From NCBI GenBank assembly GCA_963674945.2, contig CAXXWQ010000004.1, positions 2,272,001 to 2,336,000 on the forward strand: DNA of 64,000 nucleotides. The letters are read 5' to 3'. The notes under the pieces are model-generated. The model did no database searches and had not been told where the DNA came from. It saw nothing but the letters and a program-made list of their open reading frames with translations. A program made the position numbers and the translations under genes. Of the stretch, positions 19,808 to 29,066 are shown in pieces (the stretch's first letter is position 1; every line of letters begins with the position of its first letter). The DNA comes from an uncultured Desulfosarcina sp. GTDB lineage: Bacteria > Desulfobacterota > Desulfobacteria > Desulfobacterales > Desulfosarcinaceae.

Positions 19808-20287
19808 CTATTTTTCCTTTGGATGGCAATCGGAACAGGTTTGGGGCGCATCCTTGGTCTTGTTTTTCTTGTTATAGTCCCGATGGCAGGTAATGCAGTT
19901 TTCATGAATCGCCTCGGCGTGATACTCCATCTCTACGGCGGCGATCTCTTTTTTAGAGGCCTTTTTCTCCCGCAACTCTTTTTTGAGATCGCCTGGCATT
20001 TTACCCGGTTTCTTATGGCATTCGATGCACCCTTTTACATCGTCCCCCATTTTCAAGTTGGCCAGGGGTTTTCCCTTGTCGTCGTGGTGGCATTCACCGC
20101 AGCCGATCTTATAGTCCACATTGTGCTTCTTGTGGCTAAACGTAACGATGGCCTTGGTGTGTTTCTTGTACGCCTTGTTTTCCATGTGAAAGACATCGTC
20201 GACCGTCTTGCCTGCGTAAATGGATCCTGCGGTAAACAAGAATGCCACGCTAACAGCCATTAGCAGAATTGTGCTTCTTTTTCCCAT
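19808..20287 (-). CDS. Periplasmic tetraheme cytochrome c3 (class III)
   Basis: Signal peptide; FSHKKH; four CxxCH motifs (CGECH, CIECH, CITCH, CSDCH). Confidence 0.93.
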   Translation of the reverse strand: MGKRSTILLMAVSVAFLFTAGSIYAGKTVDDVFHMENKAYKKHTKAIVTFSHKKHNVDYKIGCGECHHDDKGKPLANLKMGDDVKGCIECHKKPGKMPGDLKKELREKKASKKEIAAVEMEYHAEAIHENCITCHRDYNKKNKTKDAPQTCSDCHPKEK

Positions 20288-20504
20288 GGGTACTCCTCTC
20301 TTCTCACAAAATTAGTTGTGTTCAAACCGTGTGCTTTGCACCCGGTGACAACCCGAACGATAAAAGCACTGGCGTGCTTTTCGAAGGCCGGATATCCAAG
20401 CCATCCGCTTTGCGGCTGGTCGTTGACTGGTAAAAATCCCAAATTACTTATACCGAAAATGTCTATCAAGCCCAGGGACACCTGTCAATGGCGATTGACA
20501 GATA

Positions 20505-22226
20505 TCATTGCAATTTATGTATCTTCAAGTAGTTATTGAAAATTCGGGATGAGATGCGACTGTAGGGATCGAAGTCCGCCATCAGTTCGAACCCTGGAAC
20601 CAGCGCCTTGACCACGGGAATCGCAAGATCCTTTCGGGTGATATCCACATAGACGGGTGAAAATCCGTTGACACGGAGGGTCTCTTGGACCAGGGCCAGG
20701 TCCCGGTCGGGTGTGCCCGTGGAAAAATCGGGGAGGGACTCGAATTCGAGCCAGGGCAGATCCGGCGGTGCCGGGGAAGAAGGCGGACCCATGGGATAGG
20801 GATAGGGTGTTTCGGTCAGTGCCGACAGCACGGCACGTTTGCCGTTCAGGTCGACGCCGCCCCCCTTGGTCACGGTGCCGTCTCGACGGGACACCCAGCA
20901 AAGGCAGCAGGGAATACCGTACTCGGGGCTGATGTCCTGAAAAAAGATGTGGATGCCACGGTCCCGGTAGTCCTGAAATAGACGATTGATCCGCTCGTCT
21001 TTGGCATACACCCGAAAGCATCGGGACGGATGAAAGGGATTCACCGCCTCACTGTCCCGTTCGATCAGCTCGTACAGGGCGCTCAATCGGGCCTCTGCCA
21101 CCGTGTTTCCCGATGCCAGGCCGGTGGAACCCAAACCGGAAAACAGGTTGCGCTCATCCAGGTTGCTGAAAAGGTAGACACACTGCACGGGGACCCAGAC
21201 GGAACTTTCTCCTTCCGTGGCCAGGCACCGACCCTCCATCCAATACAACGGTTCGTCCCCATAGGGGACCTCGAGTCCCAGATCATTGGGGTCGACCAGC
21301 CGGTGACCATCGTCCATGAGCTTTGTGCGGCTGCCGTGAATCAGCGGGTGGGGACGAAGCGTCTCCCTGACACGTCCGTCCTCGATACCGGCAAAGGCGC
21401 TGACGCGTTCCGCCACCTCCATCAGGCAGGAAGCCCTGGCCTGATCCAATGAGGTGCCCCTTCCGTAGGAAGTCTGAACACCGGAGATCGTATAATCGAG
21501 CCGGCCGATGCGGACACGGCGTTCCAGGCGCCATTTTCGCAACAGGGCGATGGGGCTGAGGGATGATTGATGGCGCATTTCCGGCCCATCAAAAATACCC
21601 AGTTTTTCGAGCCGTTCCTGAGCATCGGAGATGGTCTCCGAAAGCGGCCGGCGGGATGTCCCGGCCCCCTTCATCCGAGGCAACCTGCGGGCAACGACCG
21701 CCTTGAGATGCAGGTGGTCGGCAATGGCTTCATCGCTTCCGTCGACACCTTTCACCGGAAAGTCAAGCCCCGTAGCATCCGGTGGCGGCAGGGGACGATG
21801 CCGGGTCAGGTTGGCAGAAAAGTATCGGGCCCATTTTTTGTGGATCGAGTGGTCGGAAAGCTTTTCGCTGCGCAGATAAATCAACGGCGTCTTTTCCGAC
21901 AAGGCGATGCGCGCCCTTGGGGTGAACCGCTTTCTGATGGCCTTCAAATGCCCATGAATCGTCGCGGCTTCCAGAATCAGGGCGCGGACCACATGGTCCC
22001 TCGAATCAATGCCCGCCATCATCCGATCCACTTCGTCAAGGGGCATCTTAGCCAAACACCCCAGTAGATGGGCATGCATGAAACTGTCGTTGGAACAGTG
22101 GCGCAGATAGGAAAAACCCGTTTTTATGGTGGGAGAAGGCTCCGGGACGGCGGCAAAAAAACCGGTGCTAAGGGCCGTATCCTGAAGTTCGAGCCGGTAG
22201 CAGACGACGTTTTCCGCAAGATTCAT
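20505..22226 (-). CDS. YcaO-like family protein
   Basis: SYGRG...ASCLMEVAER, STGLASGNT...YELIERD and ALTE ATP-binding motifs; ATGA overlap with tatC. Confidence 0.88.
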   Translation of the reverse strand: MNLAENVVCYRLELQDTALSTGFFAAVPEPSPTIKTGFSYLRHCSNDSFMHAHLLGCLAKMPLDEVDRMMAGIDSRDHVVRALILEAATIHGHLKAIRKRFTPRARIALSEKTPLIYLRSEKLSDHSIHKKWARYFSANLTRHRPLPPPDATGLDFPVKGVDGSDEAIADHLHLKAVVARRLPRMKGAGTSRRPLSETISDAQERLEKLGIFDGPEMRHQSSLSPIALLRKWRLERRVRIGRLDYTISGVQTSYGRGTSLDQARASCLMEVAERVSAFAGIEDGRVRETLRPHPLIHGSRTKLMDDGHRLVDPNDLGLEVPYGDEPLYWMEGRCLATEGESSVWVPVQCVYLFSNLDERNLFSGLGSTGLASGNTVAEARLSALYELIERDSEAVNPFHPSRCFRVYAKDERINRLFQDYRDRGIHIFFQDISPEYGIPCCLCWVSRRDGTVTKGGGVDLNGKRAVLSALTETPYPYPMGPPSSPAPPDLPWLEFESLPDFSTGTPDRDLALVQETLRVNGFSPVYVDITRKDLAIPVVKALVPGFELMADFDPYSRISSRIFNNYLKIHKLQ

Positions 22227-23005
22227 GATACGCCGACGCCATCGCTATCCGGTGCCGAATCCTCTTCTTCTTCCTTCTTCTTCTTTCCGAAAATCCGGGC
22301 ACCGACGATGCTGACCTCGTACAACACCATCAGGGGCAGGGCCATCATGACCTGGGTGACCACGTCCGGCGGCGTTAAAATGGCGGCGCCCACGAAAAAA
22401 AGGAGGATCGCATACTTCCGGTTCTTCTTCAAAAAGGGTACGGTGACGATGCCGAGCCGTGCCAGGAAGGTGATAACCAGCGGCAATTCGAAGACGAGGC
22501 CGAAGGCCAGGAGCAACTTGGCGGAGAAGCTCAAATACTCCTTCATGGAGGGCATGGGGCGGATGGACTCCGTGGCAAACCCCAGAAAGAATTCGAATCC
22601 GTAGGGAAAGACGATGAAGTAACCGAACAGGGCGCCTCCCACGAAAAAGAGGGTCGAAAGAAACACGATGGGAACCAGCAATCGCTTTTCCCGATCGTAG
22701 AGGCCGGGGGCGACGAACATCCAGAATTGGTAGATGATCACCGGCGAAGCGAGGATAAACCCTGCTAGAAAAGAGACCTTGAGAAAGGTGAAAAACGCTT
22801 CGGGCAAACCGGTGTAGATCAGTGTATCCCCCTGTTTCATGACCGAGATCAGGGGCTGGGTGAGGATCTGGAATAGTCGTTCCTTGAAACCATAGGAGAT
22901 GGCAAATCCGATGCCCACGGCGATAAAACAGGTGATCAGCCTTTTGCGCAGCTCTTCCAGGTGGGCGGTAAATGGAATTTTGTCCTCGGTATCCAGATCG
23001 GTCAC
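22223..23005 (-). CDS. tatC: Twin-arginine translocase TatC
   Basis: HLEELRKRL, FVAPGLY, FGLVFELP, LTPPDV. Confidence 0.96.
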   Translation of the reverse strand: MTDLDTEDKIPFTAHLEELRKRLITCFIAVGIGFAISYGFKERLFQILTQPLISVMKQGDTLIYTGLPEAFFTFLKVSFLAGFILASPVIIYQFWMFVAPGLYDREKRLLVPIVFLSTLFFVGGALFGYFIVFPYGFEFFLGFATESIRPMPSMKEYLSFSAKLLLAFGLVFELPLVITFLARLGIVTVPFLKKNRKYAILLFFVGAAILTPPDVVTQVMMALPLMVLYEVSIVGARIFGKKKKEEEEDSAPDSDGVGVS

Positions 23006-23010
23006 TTCGA

Positions 23011-23418
23011 TTACCCCTTTTCTGGTTGTTCATCCGGGTCGGAAATGATCTGGGAGGGGTCGGACGGTGCCCCTTCATCTGCACCCTGGTCGCCTGCAGC
23101 GGGGTCTTCGCCGCTTTCTGCCTGTTTCGCGGTGACAGGATCGGCCGGTTTCTCTGTTTCCCGGGATTTTTCCTGGGATTTGTTCGACGCCGCGGCAGGC
23201 TTTCCTTTGATATCATCGTCGAGTTCGTCGAAGGTACGCTTCATGTCCTTGATTTCATCGTCGATTTGAATACTGTCTTTGAGATCGCGGGTCGCCTTCT
23301 TGAACTCTCCCATGGCCTTTCCCAGGGATTTGGCAAGATCCGGCAGTTTCTTGGGGCCGATGACGATCAGGGCCACTGCCAGGATCAATATCATTTCCGG
23401 CATTCCGATACCGAACAT
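23011..23418 (-). CDS. tatB: Twin-arginine translocase TatB (TatA/B family)
   Basis: MFGIGMPEMILILAVALIVIGPKKLP; adjacent to tatC. Confidence 0.9.
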   Translation of the reverse strand: MFGIGMPEMILILAVALIVIGPKKLPDLAKSLGKAMGEFKKATRDLKDSIQIDDEIKDMKRTFDELDDDIKGKPAAASNKSQEKSRETEKPADPVTAKQAESGEDPAAGDQGADEGAPSDPSQIISDPDEQPEKG

Positions 23419-23459
23419 GAATTTCTCCTTGTATGGTTACGGTATTTTCCCGAGCGGGA

Positions 23460-23488
23460 ACCCTACTGGTTTTACCGAGGGGTGTCAA
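23460..23488 (-). promoter_or_regulatory. Putative sigma70 promoter for tatB-tatC-ycaO
   Basis: TTGACA-N17-TAGGGT on the minus strand. Confidence 0.55.
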
Positions 23489-23495
23489 TGATGAA

Positions 23496-23564
23496 GGACG
23501 AAGGAAGCTAGGAGAGGGACGCAAAAACCCTACTCGTTCGTCCCTCTTCCATCGTCCTTCGTCC
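23496..23564. repeat. Intergenic inverted repeat
   Basis: GGACGAAGGA..GAGGGACG / CGTCCCTC..TCCTTCGTCC. Confidence 0.6.
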
Positions 23565-23635
23565 ATCCCTTACCCGGTACGACAAATGAATTTTAGATAT
23601 GGTCTGGTCGTAAGAATCGATCCGTCTGTTTGCCG

Positions 23636-24859
23636 TCACGGAGGGAAAGAGGCGTCGGGATCCAGGATCAACAGGAAAAAATCTCCCTCTTGCTGCATGT
23701 GTCCCGCCGCAATTTCGGCATAGGGGCCGTTTCCCCAGAAGATGTCCACCCTGCCCGGTCCGCGAATTGCGCCACCTGTGTCCTGGTTCAGGGCAAAGGC
23801 GGAAAAATCCATCCATCGATCGATGCGGCCGTTTCCATCCACTACCGGAATCTGGGTTTGGAAAAACGCAGGGGCCGCCATGGGAAAGACCCGTCGGTCC
23901 ACGGCCACGCTGCGTCCGGGCGTCAGGTCAACGCCGATTGCACCGATGGGCCCCGTGGTTTCGATCTGGAAGAAAACATAACTGGGATTGTGGTTGAAAA
24001 CCGCGTCCACTTCGTCGGGGTGGGTGCGCAGGTAGGCCTTCAGCCGCTGCATGGACATCTCTTCGGATGGGATCTTTCCCTGATCCATAAGAAGTCTTCC
24101 GATGCTGCGATACGGATGCCCATTGGTACCATGGTAGTGCACCCGAACAAAGGAGCCGTCATCCATATAGATCCGGCCGGAACCTTGAATCTGCAGGAAA
24201 AACAAATCGATACGGTCATCCACCCAGGCGATGGGCGAGGCGAGGCGGGCAAAGGTCTCGTCCGAGTTGATGGACTTGCGGTCCGGATAGGGTACCACGG
24301 TGTTCCCCTTCAACCGACCGACGATCCGCCGCCCTTTCAGGTCCTTGGAAAAGGGAGAAAGATCGATGACCATCAAATCCGAAGGCATGGCGTACACCGG
24401 ATATCGGTAGCGGCTGTCCGGTGTATGACGCCCCCGGAGATAGGGCTCGTAATAGCCGGTAAATAGCACCTTTTTGCTGGAGGGTCCTCCCACCGAGCGA
24501 TACACACGGTAATGATCGGCGATGAATCGGTTGATCTTTGCAGGAGCCGGCCGGGTCTTAACGAAATCTTTCAAAAGGCGCAGGGATCGTTGGAGATGCC
24601 GGGCGTCATAAGTATCTGCGCCGAATCGAAAGCCGCGCTCGGCGGGAACCTTCTCCAGATAGACCAGGCTCTTTTCGATTCCGTATACGAGGTTGTCCAG
24701 GAAGAAACCGTCGGAAAAGTCCGGGTAGTCCGATGGTGTAAGAAGGACCAGCCCCTCTTTCGCCGGGACCCGTGGCCGCTGAAAAAGGGAGCACCCGGAT
24801 GCCATCACCATGAACAGCGCAAGAAAGAAAAGAGGGATCGTGCAACGCCGTCTGTTCAA
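23636..24859 (-). CDS. mltA: Membrane-bound lytic murein transglycosylase A (lipoprotein)
   Basis: Lipobox [39 protein letters not shown]; probable TTG start overlapping the moaC stop. Confidence 0.92.
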   Translation of the reverse strand: MNRRRCTIPLFFLALFMVMASGCSLFQRPRVPAKEGLVLLTPSDYPDFSDGFFLDNLVYGIEKSLVYLEKVPAERGFRFGADTYDARHLQRSLRLLKDFVKTRPAPAKINRFIADHYRVYRSVGGPSSKKVLFTGYYEPYLRGRHTPDSRYRYPVYAMPSDLMVIDLSPFSKDLKGRRIVGRLKGNTVVPYPDRKSINSDETFARLASPIAWVDDRIDLFFLQIQGSGRIYMDDGSFVRVHYHGTNGHPYRSIGRLLMDQGKIPSEEMSMQRLKAYLRTHPDEVDAVFNHNPSYVFFQIETTGPIGAIGVDLTPGRSVAVDRRVFPMAAPAFFQTQIPVVDGNGRIDRWMDFSAFALNQDTGGAIRGPGRVDIFWGNGPYAEIAAGHMQQEGDFFLLILDPDASFPP

Positions 24860-25344
24860 GGAGTTCTGTCCTTTCGGATAAACAGACCGCTCTTCCCGCC
24901 ACTTTTTTCCAGCAGGCAGACATCGGTGATGGTCATGGCCTTGTCCATGGCCTTGCACATGTCATAAAGGGTCAACGCCGCAACGGATACGGCGGTGAGT
25001 GCCTCCATCTCGACTCCGGTCTGGTCCTTGATGCGGGCGGTGCCTTCGATGCGAATCCGGTGTTCCGATTCATCCGGGAAGAAATCCACCTGCACATGGG
25101 TCAGGTTCAAAGGGTGGCACATGGGAATCAGATCCGAGGTCTTCTTGGCGGCCATGATTCCGGCGATTCGGGCCGTCTCCAACACATTGCCCTTGGCTGT
25201 GCTGCCGGTACAAATCCGTTCAAAGGTCTCGGTTGACATGTGAACGACTGCCTGGGCAACCGCTGTTCGTTTGGTCGGCGTCTTTTCGGTGACGTCCACC
25301 ATGCGCACCTTGCCCTTGTCGTCAATGTGGGTTAAGTCGGCCAT
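24856..25344 (-). CDS. moaC: Cyclic pyranopterin monophosphate synthase
   Basis: [28 protein letters not shown]. Confidence 0.96.
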   Translation of the reverse strand: MADLTHIDDKGKVRMVDVTEKTPTKRTAVAQAVVHMSTETFERICTGSTAKGNVLETARIAGIMAAKKTSDLIPMCHPLNLTHVQVDFFPDESEHRIRIEGTARIKDQTGVEMEALTAVSVAALTLYDMCKAMDKAMTITDVCLLEKSGGKSGLFIRKDRTP

Positions 25345-25365
25345 ATCCCCCTCGATTTATATTGG

Positions 25366-25517
25366 TGACGGCTTCGTAACAAGTCCGATATCTGCGTTAC
25401 GCTTCGCCCCTCGTCATTGCAACGTATCCAACCATACGCCTCATTCCTCGGGGCTCGCAAGCCTTGATCTCGAACTTGTTACGAAGCCTTCCGAAAACGT
25501 TTTTTATGAATTCATCA
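25366..25517. repeat. Palindromic intergenic element (family B/C)
   Basis: GGCTTCGTAACAAGT / ACTTGTTACGAAGCC arms; core ACGTA-N7-TACGCCTC; extra terminus TTTTTATGAATTCATCA. Confidence 0.75.
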
Positions 25518-25525
25518 CTTGTTAG

Positions 25526-25906
25526 TTAAACGAAAAACTGGGTCTTAGACGTCACCGTCGACTTGATTTCGTTCAGGGTGTCGGAGAGCACACCGATGAC
25601 GTTCTCCCGGATATCCCCGGCCACCACCAGCATCATCACATCGTCCCCCACTGCCAGGTCACGGTCACCGGCGATCTCCACCTGGATGTCCAGGATGCCC
25701 GGTCGCGCCCGATGCCTGGCAAGCACCTTTGCCAACCGATCCTGATCCACGGCCACCCGCAGACCGGTCACCCGGCGGCCGTCTCGAGAGGTGCCCCGCA
25801 CCACGCCATTGTGGCACAGGATCATACCTACCCGATCGTAGTCGGGATGAGCCTTGAGTTTTTCGATCATGCGATCTGCATTCATTCGTTGCCTTTTTGC
25901 TTTCAT
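25526..25906 (-). CDS. moaE: Molybdopterin synthase catalytic subunit MoaE-like
   Basis: GMILCHNGVVRG...VAGDIRE; start at 25906 (overlap with mobA) or 25885. Confidence 0.82.
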   Translation of the reverse strand: MKAKRQRMNADRMIEKLKAHPDYDRVGMILCHNGVVRGTSRDGRRVTGLRVAVDQDRLAKVLARHRARPGILDIQVEIAGDRDLAVGDDVMMLVVAGDIRENVIGVLSDTLNEIKSTVTSKTQFFV

Positions 25907-26514
25907 CGCGTTTTTATTTTTTCGTAGATGTCCTGGGCCGTCGTAAGGTCTTCCGGGGTATTGACGTTGAAAAAGGAGACCAACTCCGGATCCGCCTTTC
26001 GCAATTGCGCTTCCTCGATTTTCTTGACCCGCATCTTTCGAAACACCTGACTGATCTTAAATAAATTGTTCTCCAAGTGCCACGTCATGACGGGCAGACA
26101 CGTCTTTCGGTAAACGGCAAACATGGGTTCATACCCGACCGATGTGCAGGGAACCACGATATCTGTTTTTCGTTCGATGGCATCGATGAGCATCCGGACC
26201 AGGGCTTCTTGGACGAATGGGGTGTCGCAGGCGGTGAAAAACGCATATTCGTGCGCTGCGGCGAACAATCCGGCGTGAAGACCGGTAAGAGAACTTCGCA
26301 CCGGGTAGTGATCGGTAACGATCAAGGCATCCACATCCATGTAGATCGCCGGATCGTTGGTCACCAGGACCACTTGATCGAACAGTCTGGCACATACTTT
26401 CGCAAGACGATCGATGATACGTAGTTGACCTATGCGGATAAACGCCTTGTTCTGACCGCCAAATCGTTTGTTTTGTCCACCGGCGAGAATAACACCGGAG
26501 CAGTGTATTGACAT
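25903..26514 (-). CDS. mobA: Molybdenum cofactor guanylyltransferase
   Basis: ILAGGQNKRFGG.NKA, ACDTPF, FFNVNTPEDL. Confidence 0.93.
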   Translation of the reverse strand: MSIHCSGVILAGGQNKRFGGQNKAFIRIGQLRIIDRLAKVCARLFDQVVLVTNDPAIYMDVDALIVTDHYPVRSSLTGLHAGLFAAAHEYAFFTACDTPFVQEALVRMLIDAIERKTDIVVPCTSVGYEPMFAVYRKTCLPVMTWHLENNLFKISQVFRKMRVKKIEEAQLRKADPELVSFFNVNTPEDLTTAQDIYEKIKTR

Positions 26515-26775
26515 AATCGTGCGCCTTAAAGACTATTCGATAGATTAGAAAAAAAAGAATTTGAAATCAAGGGCGGATGCAATGAGAGTGACAATTGTAA
26601 GGTAGAGCCATGTATCGTATGACCAGGATCAAAGGACCAGGTCTTCCGGACTGAATAAAAAATATTGCCTCTCAACGTGCGGCTTGCTATGGCCACCATT
26701 GTCACGATTTCATAATAAGCTTTTCCAGGCCAACAAAGGATATCGCCGGAAAATATACAATGAGGCAGGTAATCA

Positions 26776-27273
26776 ATGGGTGTACATGAACATCGCAAAT
26801 CGGCACCGGTCCAGGTGGCCGTTGGCGTTCTATCGGTTTCGACGACCCGGACCCTTACTCAAGATGAAAGCGGCTTGTGGATCGTCAACCGCGCCAGAAA
26901 GGAGGGTCATCTGGTCCGGTTTCATCAGGTGGTCGATGACGATATCGCCGCCATCCGGCAAATTGTCCTGCAGGCCATTCGGGAAAACGATTTACAGGCG
27001 CTTTTAATCACGGGTGGCACCGGCATCGCCAAAAGGGACGTCACCATCGAAGCGGTTCAACCGCTGTTCTCCAAGGAGATGACGGCTTTCGGTACCATTT
27101 TTGCCATGCTCAGCCATGAGGAGATCGATTCTGCGGCGATTATCTCCCGGGCGGCCGCCGGCGTGATCGGATCCACCGCCGTGTTCTGTATGCCCGGCAG
27201 CAAGAAGGCGTGCCAACTCGCCTGCAAGGCGTTGGTTTTTCCGGAGTTGGGGCATGTAGTCGCCCACATATAG
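26776..27273 (+). CDS. moaB: MoaB/Mog molybdopterin adenylyltransferase
   Basis: DESG, ITGGTGIAKRDVT.EA, SRAAAG, MPGS. Confidence 0.9.
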   Translation: MGVHEHRKSAPVQVAVGVLSVSTTRTLTQDESGLWIVNRARKEGHLVRFHQVVDDDIAAIRQIVLQAIRENDLQALLITGGTGIAKRDVTIEAVQPLFSKEMTAFGTIFAMLSHEEIDSAAIISRAAAGVIGSTAVFCMPGSKKACQLACKALVFPELGHVVAHI

Positions 27274-27274
27274 C

Positions 27275-27417
27275 AGTGCCCATCCAGAAATGGCCAATTT
27301 GCCCGATATCTTTGTTGCGTTCAAAATTTTATCCTCGGAATATCAACCATATGCCTCCGGTAAAATTTTTCACGCGCCGCGATCTCGAACAAATTTGCCT
27401 ATTTCTGGACGGACACT
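27275..27417. repeat. Palindromic intergenic element (family B)
   Basis: AGTGCCCATCCAGAAAT / ATTTCTGGACGGACACT arms; core ATCCTCGGAATA-N6-TATGCCTCCGG. Confidence 0.75.
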
Positions 27418-27418
27418 G

Positions 27419-27563
27419 GCGGATTCACCAAAAATCGATTTTGGACCGGGCCGGTGTTCTCGCTCCATTGAAATCCTCAACGTAGAACCGCTACGCCTCC
27501 GGTTTCAATGTCGCTGCGGCCTTGGCCTGAACCAAAATCTACTATTTTTGGGATCGAAACTGC
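27419..27563. repeat. Second palindromic element directly after the previous one
   Basis: CCAAAAAT.GATTTTGG / CCAAAATCT..ATTTTTGG arms; core ATCCTCAACGTA-N6-TACGCCTCCGG. Confidence 0.72.
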
Positions 27564-27645
27564 AATCTGCCCATGGGAAGCAGCCACATAAAATAGAGGA
27601 ACTGATTTGCGGCCTCATGAATCGAAACAGACGATAGGATGGCAG

Positions 27646-28014
27646 ATGACTGAAATAGAACCAGAGCATCGGGTGAAAACACCGCTCACCGTCAAAGACC
27701 TCCAGGTCATCGTGGACCGCTGGGTCACCACCTACGGCGTTCGCTATTTTTCGGAGATGACCAATCTGGCCATTCTCATGGAAGAAGTGGGCGAACTGGC
27801 GCGGATCATGGCACGAACCTACGGCGAACAGAGCGCCAAAAAGAATGAGGTGTTGTCGAGCATCGACGATGAGCTTGCCGATATCCTCTTCGTTCTCGTG
27901 TGTATCGCCAACCAAACCGGCGTGGAACTGGAATCGGCCGTGCAACGAAACCTGAAAAAGAAAACCGGCCGGGACAACCGCCGACACCGGGAGAATCCCA
28001 AACTCAAGGCATAG
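27646..28014 (+). CDS. MazG-like nucleotide pyrophosphohydrolase (YpjD type)
   Basis: EEVGELAR and DELADILFV motifs. Confidence 0.9.
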   Translation: MTEIEPEHRVKTPLTVKDLQVIVDRWVTTYGVRYFSEMTNLAILMEEVGELARIMARTYGEQSAKKNEVLSSIDDELADILFVLVCIANQTGVELESAVQRNLKKKTGRDNRRHRENPKLKA

Positions 28015-28028
28015 GAGCAAAACAGCAG

Positions 28029-29063
28029 ATGAGACTCGGAATCATCGGCCTCCCCCAGTCGGGCAAGGCCACTGTCTTTAACGCATTGACCCGAAGTGCT
28101 GCAGATGAAGGCCACCGCCAGGAGAGTCGTATCGGTACGATCACCGTTCCGGACGAACGGGTGGAGGTCCTCAGCCGGATGTACAAACCTCGGAAAACCA
28201 TATTCGCCCAGGTGGCCTATTTCCTTCCCGGAAAGGGTGATCAAGGCGGGCAAGGCGCCAAGGAACAGAGCCTCTGGACCCAGGTGCGCGATTGCGATGC
28301 CTTGATTCACACCGTGCGAAATTTCAGCTTGTACGGCATGGCAGATCCCACTCCCAAGGCGGATGTGGCGGCCATTGACCAGGAGTTGATCATCTCCGAT
28401 CTGGTCGTGGTGGAAAAACGCCTCGAACGACTGGCGCTGGATGAGAAGCGGGGAAAAAAACCCAGTCCGGAGGAGATCAATCTGCTCCACCAGTGCAAGG
28501 CCCACCTGGACGACGAAATCCCGCTGCGCCGGTTTCCGGAGATCGCCACGGCCAAGCTCCTGCGCGGGTTTGCCTTTCTTTCCGCCAAGCCCATGCTGAT
28601 TCTCCTCAACAATACCGATGAGGACGATGCCCTGCCCGATGCCGACTCCCTGCCCGAGGGTGAGCAATGCATGGTGATTCGTGCCAAACTGGAAGAGGAA
28701 TTGTCCCAGATGACAGACGAGGAGGCAAAGGAGTTTTTGGCCGAATTCAACATCACCGCTTCCGCCACGGACAGGGTGGTTCAACGCTCCTATGAGCTGA
28801 TGGGGCTGATCTCCTTTTTCACCGTTGGTGAGGACGAGGTTCGTGCATGGACCATCGGCAGGGACACCGATGCCGTGGACGCCGCGGAAGTGATCCATTC
28901 GGACATCAAGAAAGGATTCATCCGGGCCGAGGTCTTGGCCTATGAGGATCTCATGGATGCAGGATCCTATGCCGAGGCGCGAAAAAAGGGCACGGTACGC
29001 CTGGAAGGCAAGACGTACAAGGTGTGTGACGGGGATATCATCAACTTCCGCTTCAACGTCTGA
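28029..29063 (+). CDS. ychF: YchF-like protein (DUF933/TGS domain) with degenerate NTPase motifs
   Basis: GLPQSGKAT, VPDERV, FFTVGEDEVRAW, GFIRAEV, RLEGK.Y.V.DGD; Walker B Asp missing. Confidence 0.78.
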   Translation: MRLGIIGLPQSGKATVFNALTRSAADEGHRQESRIGTITVPDERVEVLSRMYKPRKTIFAQVAYFLPGKGDQGGQGAKEQSLWTQVRDCDALIHTVRNFSLYGMADPTPKADVAAIDQELIISDLVVVEKRLERLALDEKRGKKPSPEEINLLHQCKAHLDDEIPLRRFPEIATAKLLRGFAFLSAKPMLILLNNTDEDDALPDADSLPEGEQCMVIRAKLEEELSQMTDEEAKEFLAEFNITASATDRVVQRSYELMGLISFFTVGEDEVRAWTIGRDTDAVDAAEVIHSDIKKGFIRAEVLAYEDLMDAGSYAEARKKGTVRLEGKTYKVCDGDIINFRFNV

Positions 29064-29066
29064 TCG

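Noticed and set aside
20320..20420. GCAAAGC words in the cytochrome c3 leader suggesting a c-di-GMP-I riboswitch
   Set aside because: The two-hairpin architecture and other conserved positions could not be matched
15812..22226. RiPP cluster made of YcaO with the 101-aa protein as precursor
   Set aside because: Separated by cytochrome c3 and a terminator; no RRE/E1, protease or exporter; YcaO is coupled to tatC instead
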